From Macrostomum lignano (taxonomy: Eukaryota), in the NCBI GenBank assembly GCA_002269645.1, contig NIVC01002591.1, forward strand, positions 1 to 64,000: a stretch of 64,000 nt of DNA. Direction: 5' to 3'. The position numbers were made by a program, and so were the translations under genes. The notes under the pieces are model-generated. The model was not told the origin of the DNA, did not search any database, and worked only from the letters and a program-made list of their open reading frames with translations. Shown here piece after piece: positions 12,820-25,230 of the stretch (positions are counted from its first letter, which is position 1; each line of letters opens with the position of its first letter).

Positions 12820-13110
12820 CCGATAGTCTCTAATCGATACTCCCTTACCGATAATTCCTTACCAATAATCACTTACCTATAATCCCTTACCGATAATCCC
12901 TTATCGATAATCCCTTATCGATAATCCCTTACCGAAAATCCCTTACTGGTATTACCTTACCAATAATCCTTTATCGGTAATCTTTCACCGTATATCCCTC
13001 GCTGATAATAGCATACCGATGATCACTCTCCGATAATCTCATATAAAGTTCGTCTTCGATAGTTCCTTACCCATAATACCTCGATCGTAGTCCCAACGAT
13101 AATCACTCTC
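12820..13110 (+). repeat. Degenerate 13-14 bp repeat (CCTTACCGATAAT)
   Basis: Recurrent CCTTA(C/T)CGATAAT motif, diverged. Confidence 0.7.
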
Positions 13111-13586
13111 CAATAGATGGTTTTCGACTATCGCTATGCTATAATATATCCGCAGTAAATTCTAAAAAGCAAAAATTTCATTATCGAACCTGATTTATCA
13201 ACAATTTTCTTTCAACACGAAATGACTTGTTATTTGATGTATTTTAATCCTGGCTTCGAAGAAATATTTATTGAAATTTGAAAACATAAAACATATCAGC
13301 CTTGTCTAATTGTCTTTGTTTTCGATATTAATTTCAGTCGTTTTTCGTTAATAAAACTTCTTTTGTAAAAAAACTCATTTTTCGATCCTTCGAGTCTCTT
13401 TGTTTAATTGAGTTTTTTAAATCAGTAAATAAGTCAAGCAAGACGGTCAATTGCCGTTTATAATTTGTAATTGTAAATTAATTATTAGGCTTACTTATTA
13501 CTTACTTTATTAACCCAGCTAGTCAAGTCTTTCCAAGCCAAAGGGAATCTAATTTGATAAAAGCGATGGAATATTTAACCAATCAA

Positions 13587-14138
13587 TCAACTTTCATACT
13601 CGATGACAAAGTCAAACTGATCTCCCAAAACATCTTCCGCTGAGCTGTCGAACAGGTGAACATCGTCAAGCACCTCGCGGATGACAACGCGCAGCAGGTG
13701 CTGCTCATCTTGATCCCGTTCAGACAGCTGCAGCTCCATCAGCTCCAGGTAGATTTCCTTCGAACGCTCCGTCTGAATGCTGAATCTCGCTGCCTCCCCG
13801 CTCGTATCGTTGGAGATTTCAAAGAGCGCGGCAAAGATCAAAGAATCTCGACTATCGTTTGATGTTGCCGCCAGCCTCTTACGGGGAAGCCGAACTGCGA
13901 GGCGGTCGGTGGTTCGAATCACGCTGGCCGCTTGCCAGATGTGCCAGACACTGACGCTGCCGCGATCAGGAGGTAAACCGAATTCGAACCAGGTCGCATT
14001 GTTACCATGGAAACAGCGGCGTTGGACTTCGGCAAGGCGACCTCCGTGCTTGTCCATGAGGTTGGCTAGGAATTGAGCGCAGTTTGAGAAGACAATGCAG
14101 GCGTATCGATTTCTACTGCAGCTGTTATTGGCTTGCAT
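13587..14138 (-). CDS. Orphan ORF, 183 aa, unknown function
   Basis: Non-repetitive ORF with globular-looking composition; no family recognised. Confidence 0.4.
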   Translation of the reverse strand: MQANNSCSRNRYACIVFSNCAQFLANLMDKHGGRLAEVQRRCFHGNNATWFEFGLPPDRGSVSVWHIWQAASVIRTTDRLAVRLPRKRLAATSNDSRDSLIFAALFEISNDTSGEAARFSIQTERSKEIYLELMELQLSERDQDEQHLLRVVIREVLDDVHLFDSSAEDVLGDQFDFVIEYES

Positions 14139-14559
14139 TCAAATTTGCAGGAAGCTGAGATGATGCCGCTTTCGGAATCCCCGTCGGCTTCTCCCCCTGA
14201 TCCTCCGCTGGTGTCAGTCGCGGAGGCGAGTCCATGCGGTCGTTTGGTTTGCAGATTTGGTTGGCTTTGGTAACAGCCGGGGACATGGGAGTGACAATTT
14301 TCGACAAACTTAGTTTCAAAGCTGAATAAAGCTATCACAACCCGATATTAGTGTCATAGAAATAGAAGTACAGGCTCATTATTTATTTTTCGGCTCCATT
14401 TTTGAGACAATTGTCCCTTCCATGTGTCCGGTTGTTACCTGCAAGCGAGTAGGAAGTAACTGTAAGCGAGAAGTTTCGCCTAAAACCCTGTAACTTAACA
14501 GTTGTGTATAGTAGGACACATGCAATCTTTCGCTCAGAAAATTTCGTTCAGAAAAATAA

Positions 14560-15560
14560 CCAGGCGCGGTGAGGCCAGAGGCGCGGAGAGGCCAGAGGCA
14601 CGGTGAGGCCAGAGGCGCGGAGAGGCCAGAGGCACGGTGAGGCCAGAGGCACGGTGAGGCCAGAGGCGCGGAGAGGCCAGAGGCGCGGTGAGGCCAGAGG
14701 CGCGGAGAGGCCAGAGGCGCGGAGAGGCCGACACGCAGAGAGGCCAGAGGCGCGGTGAGGCCAGAGGCGCGGAGAGGCCAGAGGCGCGGAGAGGCCAGAG
14801 GCGCGGAGAGGCCGACACGCAGAGAGGCCAGAGGCGCGGAGAGGCCAGAGGCGCGGAGAGGCCAGAGGCGCGGTGAGGCCAGAGGCGCGGTGAGGCCAGA
14901 GGCGCGGAGAGGCCAGAGGCGCGGAGAGGCCAAAGGCGCGGTAAGGCCAGAGGCGCGGAGAGGCCAGAGGCGCGGTGAGGCCAGAGGCGCGGTGAGGCCA
15001 GAGGCGCGGAGAGGCCAGAGGCGCGGAGAGGCCGAGACGCAGAGAGGCCAGAGGCGCGGTGAGGCCAGAGGCGCGGAGAGGCCAGAGGCGCGGAGAAGCC
15101 AGAGGCGCGGTGAGGCCAGAGGCGCGGAGAGGCCAGAGGCGCGGAGAGGCCGACACGCAGAGAGGCCAGAGGCGCGGTGAGGCCAGAGGCGCGGAGAGGC
15201 CAGAGGCGCGGTGAGGCCAGAGGCGCGGAGAGGCCAGAGGCGCGGTGAGGCCAGAGGCGCGGTGAGGCCAGAGGCGCGGAGAGGCCAGAGGCGCGGAGAG
15301 GCCAGAGGCACGGAGAGGCCAGAGGCGCGGTGAGGCCAGAGGCGCGGAGAGGCCAGAGGCGCGGTAAGGCCAGAGGCGCGGAGAGGCCAGAGGCGCGGTG
15401 AGGCCAGAGGCGCGGAGAGGCCAGAGGCGTGAGGCGTGAAGCGGCCAGAGGCGCGGAGAGGCCAGAGGCGTGAGGCGTGAAGCGGCCAGAGGCGCGGAGA
15501 GGCCAGAGGCGTGAGGCGTGAAGAGGCCAGAGGCGCGGAGAGGCGCGGAGGCCAGGGGGC
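14560..15560 (+). repeat. 17-bp GC-rich minisatellite (GGCCAGAGGCGCGG[A/T]GA)
   Basis: About 58 units with interspersed variants. Confidence 0.95.
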
Positions 15561-16489
15561 GCGGAGGGGCCATGGACCAGAGGGCTGGGGGCTGCTGCAG
15601 GTAGCTAGCCTACTGTACATGTCTACTGTACATCTGTTAAGTTATACAGGGCTACAAGCGAAACAATATACCCAGCTCTGCAGCATCTGGGAATTTCTCA
15701 ACGCAACTCAGGACATCAAACACAGATTTGCATTGAAATTTCCAAGATCATGCAGCGGCTGTAGTTTGTTTTCGCTACCGTTGCCACAGCAACCAAATCT
15801 GCAAAGATTAGCTACCAGTAGTAGTAGTTAACATTAGTCAGTAGGTAAGCATAACAATGCAGCCTATGTTAATGGTACCCCTACTACGGTAGTTGCAGCT
15901 AGAACGTCGTTTAGTATAGTTTCTTTTCTTCTCTTTGCAGATTAACTTTGAAAAACTTGAGGAACAAATTAATTATTTCTTTTTTCGGTCGACGATGCGC
16001 AGGCACAAAGTTATGTACAGATTGGAGCAAAGCGTGTCGGTAGCTTCACTCCATGCCAAGGGAAGACTAGAACATCTTGTTGTGGTAGAGAACATCTCTT
16101 TGGCGTAGTTTCAGATGTTGTAGTAGTCCCTTCTCACTGTAGGAGAGTCAAATTGTATCATGGTAGCGTGTAGTCAAAGGCACAGAAATGTCAGTTTCTG
16201 ACAAATCTTTTCGGCTGAACTGTCTGTTCTGTAGTCTCGTCGGCAGAAGAACATTGCCGGAATCTCAAAATTTTATTAGCTTCGGCATCAGCATCGCCGA
16301 CCGCTGGGTCCTCGTAGAGCGAGGATCCACCTGGGACTCCAAAAAGGTGTTGTTTAGCCTGTTAAAAGAAATTTGTTGATTTGGATTGTGTTCTGGTAAC
16401 AAATTTCAGCGATGGCTTACACAAACATACAGTCTTCAGCATGACAGATTAACGTATCGCAGAATAAAGCGTTACAGTTAGATTACATG

Positions 16490-17450
16490 TACACATCACA
16501 GATTACAGCATCACAGACTACACCATCACATATTACAGCATCACAGATTACACCATCACAAATTACAGCATCACAGACTACACCATCACAGACTACACAT
16601 CACAGACTGCAGCATCACAAATTACAGCATCACAGATTACAGCATCACAGACTACACCATCACATATTACAGCATCACGGATTACAGCATCACAGACTAC
16701 ACAATCACACACTACACCATCACAGACTACATCATTACAGACTGCAGCATCACAGAGTGCACCATCACAGACTACAGCATCGCAGACTACAGCATCACAG
16801 ACTACACCATCACATATTACAGCATCACAAATTAAATCATCACAAACTACAGCATCACAGACTACACCATCACAGACTACACCATCACAGACTACACCAT
16901 CACAGACTACACCATCACAGACTACACCATCACAGACTACACCATCACAGACTACACCACCACAGACTACACCATCACAGACTACACCATCACAGACTAC
17001 ACCATCACAGACTACACCATCACAGACTACACCATCACAGACTACACCATCACAGACTACACCATCACAGACTACACCATCACAGACTACACCATCACAG
17101 ACTACACCATTACAGACTACACCATTACAGACTACACCATCACAGACTACACCATCACAGACTACACCATCACAGACTACACCATCACAGACTACACCAT
17201 CACAGACTACACCATCACAGACTACACCATCACAGACTACACCATTACAGACTACACCATCACAGACTACACCATCACAGACTACACCATCACAGACTAC
17301 AGCATTACAGACTACACCATTACAGACTACACCATTACAGACTACAGCATCACAGACTACAGTATTACAGACTACACCATTACAGACTACACCATTACAG
17401 ACTACAGCATCACAGACTACAGCATCACCGGCTACAGAATCACAGGCATG
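16490..17450 (+). repeat. 15-bp minisatellite (CACAGACTACACCAT)
   Basis: About 64 units; source of the spurious His-rich ORF. Confidence 0.95.
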
Positions 17451-18099
17451 TAGAATAAACAACAGAAAGCAGTTTAAAAAAGAATTTACACTAACCCAGG
17501 AATTGCATCAAAGAAGGCTGCAATAAAAAAGATACTAGGTAGAATGTGACTCATTCTCTCGCCAAATTTTGATGTTTTTATATTGTTTGCCAACCGCACT
17601 GACCCCATGTACAGCAACTATTGTCTTAGTTGGCAAGACAATAAATGAAAGCGTACAGAAATAGTGAGAGAGGAGAGAGAGAAAAGAGGGAGAGAGGGGT
17701 TTAATTGCATCTCGTGCAGTTGTCGGATTTTCCGAGTACAAATCGCAAGAATAAACAGAAAAACAGGATTAAATTTAGCTTTCGACGAAAATAATATTGA
17801 ATTTTAGGCCAAATCCAATCATTTTCTACAGTTTAATCAGAACAGAAATATTTCATTTTAGTATTAATAGTTGTCGTAATACGGTAGCAGCAAATATAGT
17901 TATAAGCATAGCAACCGCGGATATAGTCTTGGATAAGTAAAATGTTGTAACTTATTATAGGAGCTTTGTGGAGATTTTCATTTCATTTCAACGGTGCATA
18001 CTTGCAGGTGCTAAACTGTTCCATTCAAATACTATAAATGTACTTTGCTAAACAGGAGTTCATCAACTGAATAGGGGACCTTTCTAGACTAAGGACCTC

Positions 18100-18500
18100 A
18101 CGACCTGGAGGAGGACCCTATCTCAATGTCTACTCAAATAGAGGACCCTATCGACTCAACTAGAGGACCTATCTACTCAAATAGAAGACCCTAACTACCC
18201 ACTTAGAGGACAATGTCTACTCAAATAGAGGATCCTATCTACTCAAATAGAGGACCTATCTACTCAAATAGAGGAGCCTATCTACTCAAATAGAGGACCT
18301 ATCTACTCAAATAGAGGAGCCTATCTACTCAAATGGAGGGCCCTATCTACTCAAATAGAGGACCTATCTACTCAAATAGAGGAGCCTATCTACTCAAATA
18401 GAGGACCTATCTACTCAAATAGAGGAGCCTATCTACTCAAATGGAGGACCCTATCTACGCAATTAGATGACACTCTATGTACTCAAATAGAGGACCTTGT
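18100..18500 (+). repeat. 21-23 bp minisatellite (CTATCTACTCAAATAGAGGAC)
   Basis: About 17 units downstream of the NRAMP stop. Confidence 0.9.
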
Positions 18501-18680
18501 CAAATAGAATACTTTATATACTCAAAGTAGATTCATAGGCTTCTTTTTAATCAGATCATTAATCAACAAAAGCAGTTTTAAAATACAAAAAAGCTTTACG
18601 TTATTGTCTCAAACAATCAAAGCTTGTGAGATAAACTGAAAATGTTTACAAGAAATACTTCAATTTAAAACATTGGAACG

Positions 18681-21600
18681 TCACCCATCGTTCACCGCAG
18701 CCTCAGCCACTCTGCCGCCATCCTCGTCGTAGTCGGCAAACAGGTGCCGCGTGTCCTCACTCGGGAACCCGAACCGGTCCCCGGGAAGGCCGAACAGCAG
18801 AACTGTGAAGCCAAGTTCGATCAGGCACCACCAGACTAGGAACAGAATGAACAGCAGGTACAGTATGATAGCCACTGACACGGGCAGGTAGATGTACCAC
18901 AGCTTGGGCAGGGCTGACACGCTCAGCTGGACAAAGTACAGATTGATCCCTATGACAGCTACGGCCAGAGCGGCGGTTACTATGGAATTAGCGGGCCCGT
19001 TCACGAATGACTTGCCCATGACTCGCTTAGAAGCGGTGAAGGTGAGCACTGGGATCAGTGCGAACGGTAGCTGCAGAGACATCAGCACGTTGAGCAGGTC
19101 GTTCAAGCTGGTGAGCTGGTCACGACCAGCGAAAACGGCGAGGAACACCGTGGGCAGAATGGCGATGGTGCGGGTCAGCAGGACTCGCTGGTACTTCTTC
19201 CACTTCAGATCCAGGAAGCCCTCCATCACAAACTGGCCGGCGTAGGTGCCTGGAGTTTCAGGGATTCCCAGGAGGGAATTATTTGGGAATTCTATGGGTT
19301 GGGATTCTCTGGGAATTCTATGGAGTTTGGGATCCTCTGGGGAATCCTTTGGGTTGGGATTCTCTGGGAATTCTATGGGGTTTGGGATCCCCTGGGGAAT
19401 CCTATGGGTTGGGATTTTCTGGGAATTCTATGGGGTTGGGATCCCCTGGGGAATCCTATAGGGTTTTCTGGGAAATCCTATAGTGTTTTCTGGGAATCCT
19501 ATAGGGTTTTCTGGGGAATCCTATAGGATTAGGATTCTCTGGGGAATCCTATGAGGTTGGGATTCCCTGGGGAATTCTTTGAATTGGGTTTCTTGGGGAA
19601 TCCTATCAGGTTGGAATTCTTTGTGGGCTTCAGGTGCTGTTAGGCAAGCAAAGCTCTCAGGGACAAAGGGGAGAATCCAAGGAAATTCCAGGTGCTCCAC
19701 TTGCCAGTCATAGTAGAAGACTGCCCGGCAGCCAGGATGCCCAGCGCCCAGATGTACATGCAGGCGATGCCGAACTCGCAGCCAAGAAAGACGCCGCCGC
19801 GAAAAATGTCCATATCCGAGCTGCTGTTTTTGAACACGTCCGCGTGCGGGTTGCCAGCGGCAACGCATGCGTTGTAAACCGTTTGCGGGTCCTTGCCGAA
19901 GTAGCCTTCGGCGAACACGGACACTACAAACATGTTGATGAGGAAGGACACAAATAGAGCGATTCCAGCCTCAAAGAAGAAGTAGAAATTTGCTTCCCGA
20001 ACTGCTCGCTTTGAGCGACGGTTGACACTTCGTGAGCGAACCAAGGCCGAATGCAGGTAGATGTTGTGCGGCATAATCACGGCTCCAATGATGCCCACCG
20101 CCTGCGGTTGATGAGTAGGGGTTAATTGGTGCAAATTTAGTAGTACAGGTTATCTTAGATAAGCTGACATAACTCTAGATTCTTAGATAAGCCGACACAA
20201 CCCTAGATTCTTAGATAAGCCGCCACAACCCTAGTTTCTTTGATAAGCTGCCAGCCACAACCCTAGATTATTAGATAAGCTGTCACAACCCTATAGATTC
20301 TTAGATAAGCTGCCACAACCCTATAGATTCTTAGATAAGCTGCCACAACCATAGATTCTTAGATAAGCTGCCACAACCCTAGATTTTTAGATAAGCCGCC
20401 GGAACCCCAGATTCTTAGATAAGCTGTTACAGCCCTAGATTCTTAGACAAGCTGTCACAACCCTAGATTCTTAGATAAGCTGCCACAACCCTAGATTCTT
20501 AGATAAGCTGACACAACCATAGATTCTTAGATAAGCTGCTGACACAGCCCTAGATTCTTAGATAAGCTGCCACAACCCTAGATTCTTAGACAAGCTGCCA
20601 CAACCCTAGATTCTTAGATAAACTGCTGACACAACCCTAGATTCTTAGATAAGCTGACACAACCCTAGATTCTTAGATAAGCTGCTGACACAACCCTAGA
20701 TTCTTAGATATGCTGACACAACCCTAGATTCTTAGATAAGCTGCCACAACCCTAGATTCTTAGATAAGCTGCCACAACCCTAGATTCTTAGACAAGCTGC
20801 CACAACCCTAGATTCTTAGATAAACTGCTGACACAGCCCTAGATTCTTAGATAAGCTGACACAACCATAGATTCTTAGATAAGCTGCTGACAAAGCCCTA
20901 GATTCTTAGATAAGCTGCCACAACCCTAGATTCTTAGATAAACTGCCACAACCCTAGATTCTTAGATAAGCTGCCACAACCCTAGATTCTTAGACAAGCT
21001 GCCACAACCCTAGATTCTTAGATAAGCTGCTGACACAACCCTAGATTCTTAGATAAGCTGCTGACACAGCCCTAGATTCTTAGATAAGCTGACACAACCC
21101 TAGATTATTAGATAAGCTGCTGACACAACCCTAGATTCTTAGATATGCTGGCACAACCCTAGATTCTTAGACAACCATAGATAATTGAATCATTTCCCTC
21201 ACCTGCTCAAGCTGCTCACTGCCGCAGCCACTGCACCATGGCACAAACATACCCTTTAGCACCTGTCCCTGATCGGGTTTGACTGTCACATATTCATACC
21301 CAAACGTCACAGCCATCACTGTGATCAAAGCGCCGAAAAATGCTTCCAATTTGCGAAGGCCGCACTCTTCAATTAGCAGGAAGGTGAACGTGTCCACTAT
21401 GGTGACAAGGACGCCTGCCCACAGTGGCATGACTCCGTTTGAAATCAGGTTGAGCGCGATTGCTGTGCCAATTACTTCCTGTGAAGTTTTTTGTTAGATA
21501 AAAATAACATGCGTTCGTACTTATCGAGCAGGCATCTCATGTACATGTATCTGCCATGCCATACTCGCGGACAATCGAAGTACATGTAGAATGATACTAC

Positions 21601-22876
21601 TCTCCTATTTTCTTAGAAATGAGCTGGAGGCACGGGTTTCATTTGAATTTGTCTATGGCTAAACCCCATTCATCGCTAAGCGTTCTCTGGAACAGACGAG
21701 CGTAAATACACTGGCGATGCGACAAAAAGAAAATCGACTGGTGTCCTTCTACTTCCGTTGTCCATGGTCATAGTTTTTAGCAGGGTTGTAGCCTAGTGGT
21801 TAGAGCGTCGGACTTGAACGAATAATGGTCGGGGTTCGATTCCCGATCCCACTGGAACAATTTGTGTCCTTGAGCAAGACGCTTAACTCTGCATTGCTTC
21901 AATTCACCCAGCTGTAAAATGGGTGCCAGCATTAGCTGGGCTAATTGAGGCTGTGTGTGGCGACCCCCCCCCCCCCCAGTCCTTGAACTGAACAGCCGTA
22001 CGCAGCCTTCAGATGCGCCGCGCAATAGCTGCGGCTGAGCTGTCGGTTGCACATCTGGCCAAATTAGGGCATCTAATAGTAACTAATAATAATAATAATA
22101 AATTAGTAATCACACGTTTTTTCCGAATACGAGATGCCTCACTTATTTATCAGGTGTCAACAGGGTCTCTTTTATCTCACAAGTGACTCACCCATCAAGC
22201 AAGGTGTTTGATTAAATCTAACAGGTGGACATTCTTAACTAATACGCTCGTAGCAAATCGATTCAAAAACCGACTGATTTTGCTGTCACAAATTGACGGC
22301 CAAATTGCTACCCTGACCAAACTCTGGGCTCCCTGAGCTAACATGCATCTAGCATGGAACACTCTATCGCCTAAAAACTGTCTCTAAAAGTGCAACCTAA
22401 TAATAGTACATTTTTACCTGCATATCGGATCCGATAATGGCAATTTCAATCATCAGCCACAGTATGAACCGAGGCACACGCGGATACAGTTTTGAGCACA
22501 CCTCAGCCAGGTGCTGACCGCTGACCACTCCCAGCCGGGCAGCCAGGCGCTGCATCAACAATCCAAGGATGTGAGCGAGCAGCAGCAGCCACAGCAGCTT
22601 GAAACCGGCGAGACTGCCGCTCTGCAGGTCCGACTCAACATTTCCCGGATCCAAATATGCGATGCTCATCAGGAAGCCCGGACCAGTGAAGGCCCACAGC
22701 TTGCGGAAGGAGAAACCCGTGCCGAAGCAGGCGTTGGGATCCGTGTCGCCCTCTGGGATGGGGATTTTTTCGTCAAAGTAGGTCTCGACTCCGTTTGCAG
22801 CTGCTGGGCTGTTGGAGTCGGTCTGACTGGCCGAGCCATGCTGCTCTTCATCGAGCTTTGTTGCCGAACTGCTCAT
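18681..22876 (-). CDS. SLC11A2: NRAMP/SLC11 divalent metal transporter (Malvolio/DMT1-like), 566 aa predicted
   Basis: Exons 22876-22418, 21478-21203, 20101-19705 and 19249-18681. Family motifs [22 protein letters not shown] and [20 protein letters not shown]; the last is restored only by a GC-AG intron. Probably a co-orthologue of SLC11A1/2. Confidence 0.97.
19260..19690 (+). repeat. 27-28 bp dimeric (55-bp) G-rich minisatellite filling NRAMP intron 3
   Basis: GGGATTCTCTGGGAATTCTAT and GGGATCCCCTGGGGAATCCTAT units. Confidence 0.85.
20150..21180 (+). repeat. 28-31 bp minisatellite (CCCTAGATTCTTAGATAAGCTGCCACAA) filling NRAMP intron 2
   Basis: About 35 units, running to within about 25 nt of the donor. 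Confidence 0.95.
21780..22100 (+). mobile_element. Full-length tRNA-derived SINE with CORE-like central domain and (AAT)n tail, antisense in NRAMP intron 1
   Basis: A-box TAGCCTAGTGG (21789-99) and B-box GGTTCGATTCC (21833-43). Central TGTGTCCTTGAGCAAGACGCTTAACTC...CAGCTGTAAAATGGG resembles the MIR/CORE consensus as recalled. Ends in an AAT tail. Confidence 0.85.
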
Positions 22877-22919
22877 CCCGATGGCTTCAGCTGAGGACTG
22901 AGGAAGGGGTTCGTGTCCT

Positions 22920-23525
22920 GTATCTCTACTTGCCTCGATCCGCCCTCTTCCTACCTTTTATCCGCCCTCTACCTATCTCTATCCGCCCTCTACCTATCGC
23001 TATCCGCTCTCTATCTGTCTCTCTATCCTCCCTCTACCTGTCTCTCTATCTGACTTTTACCTATATCTCTCTATCCGCTCTCTACCTGTCTCTCCGCTCT
23101 CTACCTGTCTCTATCTGACTTCTACTTGTCTCTCTTTCCGCCCTCTACCTGCCTCTATCCATCCTCTACCTGTCTCGATCCGCCCCCTACCTGTCTTTCT
23201 GTCTGCCCTCTATCTGTCTCTCTATCCGCTCTCTATCTGTCTCTCTATCCGCTCTCTACCTGTCTCTCTATCCGCTCTCTACCTGTCTCTCTATCCGCTC
23301 TCTACCTGTCTCTCTATCCGCTCTCTACCTGTCTCTCTATCCGCTCTCTACCTGTCTCTCTATCTGACTTCTACTTGTCTCTCCGCTCTTTACCTGCTTT
23401 TCTATCCGCCCTCTATCTGTCTCTCTATCCGCCCTCTACCTGCTTCTCTATCCGCCCTCTACCTGCCTCTATATGACCTCTACCTACCTTTCTATCCACC
23501 ATCTATCTGCCTCTATCCGCTTTCT
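22920..23525 (+). repeat. About 22-bp CT-rich minisatellite (TCTCTATCCGCTCTCTACCTG), probably in a 5'-UTR intron of NRAMP
   Basis: Tandem units; minus-strand donor CAG|GTAACT near 23550 and acceptor CCCCTTCCTCAG just upstream of the ATG. Confidence 0.85.
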
Positions 23526-24404
23526 CCTCTGCGTCCTTACAAATAGTTACCTGCTAATCCTATTTGAAGTGAGCTTATTAATAATGGATTTTGGTTTCAG
23601 CTGAATTTAGACGGCATTGCTTAAAATAAACTTTTTATTGATTAATTCTGCTGAAGGTAAAAATTTGTTAACCGGTAAATAATTTCTGACACCTTCCCAA
23701 TAATTGTTAGTTTCCTAATCAGATATTACGACACAAACGACAGAAGTTACATCGGCTGTACATACCACAGCAGCAGGTAGGCTTCGGCTAACTTCGGTTG
23801 TTCGGGATAGTGTGCTAAATAAAATCTATTTGAAATTTCAAATATAACAATTTACTGCTATATTTTAGATTGCCAAACTCGTTTCACTCGTTGAACCAAA
23901 CTCTATCCCTCTTATCAGTTCACTCCTCGCTCTTTGCTTAAAGTCAAAGTCCAGTTTGTTATATGTTGCAGTTCAGAACTCTTAGATTGTACAGTAATTA
24001 CTTGCAGTCCGCATGTCTCTCCCCGAGACTGTAAATAAATGTACATAGATTTCTATTGTATAAAATAATGTACATTTACCACTGACACAAACGCGCTGAA
24101 CTCTATTACGCATTTAAAATTTATGCGCGAGTTTAATGGTGGCCCGTTTGTTGTAATGATTGAGAACTACGAAAAATATGTAGCCTAAAAAAGTTGTTTT
24201 TTAAAATAAAAGAACCTAAATTGGCAAGTGCACTAGTTAAAATTTGCAGGAAATGCCTGAATGTATCATACGAGTATTTACAGTATCGGCAAAATAGAAA
24301 AATGCAAGTAGCTGCAATTCTCGATACTTAATAAGTATGAGCCTCGCCAAGCAGCACCAAGGGCGCCTTGCCCCTGGTGCTAAGATGCCTAAGATCCTAA
24401 GATG

Positions 24405-25230
24405 CCAGCACCAAGGGGCTTTAGCACCAAGGCGCTTTAGCACCAAGGGGCTTTAGCACCAAGGGGCTTTAGCACCAAGGGGCTTTAGCACCAAGGGGCT
24501 TTAGCACCAAGGGGCTTTAGCACCAAGGGGCTTTAGCACCAAGGGGCTTTAGCACCAAGGGGCTTTAGCACCAAGGGGCTTTAGCACCAAGGGGCTTTAG
24601 CACCAAGGGGCTTTAGCACCAAGGGGCTTTAGCACCAAGGGGCTTTAGCACCAAGGGGCTTTAGCACCAAGGGGCTTTAGCACCAAGGGGCTTTAGCACC
24701 AAGGGGCTTTAGCACCAAGGGGCTTTAGCACCAAGGGGCTTTAGCACCAAGGGGCTTTAGCACCAAGGGGCTTTAGCACCAAGGGGCTTTAGCACCAAGG
24801 GGCTTTAGCACCAAGGGGCTTTAGCACCAAGGGGCTTTAGCACCAAGGGGCTTTAGCACCAAGGGGCTTTAGCACCAAGGGGCTTTAGCACCAAGGGGCT
24901 TTAGCACCAAGGGGCTTTAGCACCAAGGGGCGCCAGCACCAAGGGGCTTTAGCACCAAGGGGCGCCAGCACCAAGGGGCTTTAGCGCCAAGGGGCTTTAG
25001 CACCAAGGGGCTTTAGCACCAAGGGGCTTTAGCACCAAGGGGCTTTAGCACCAAGGGGCTTTAGCACCAAGGGGCTTTAGCACCAAGGGGCTTTAGCACC
25101 AAGGGGCTTTAGCACCAAGGGGCGCCAGCACCAAGGGGCTTTAGCACCAAGGGGCGCCAGCACCAAAGGGCGCCAGCACCAAGGGGCGCCAGCACCAAGG
25201 GGCGCCAGCACCAAGGGACGCCAGCACCCT
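24405..25230 (-). repeat. 16-bp minisatellite (TGGTGCTAAAGCCCCT on minus strand)
   Basis: About 50 units, ending in a perfect 14-bp hairpin at 25223-25254. Confidence 0.97.

Noticed and set aside
13900-14000. MATH/TRAF domain in the orphan ORF (GSVSVWHIW)
   Set aside because: Only one strand-like motif resembles MATH; insufficient without a profile search.
16487-17462. His-rich 323-aa ORF and antisense CDGVV ORF
   Set aside because: Translation of a 15-bp tandem repeat that lacks stops; lies between splice signals as a probable intron.
17585-17615. Iron-responsive element downstream of NRAMP (CAGTGC on minus strand)
   Set aside because: The flanks (GGGGT and GGTTG) cannot form the 5-bp upper stem with a C bulge.
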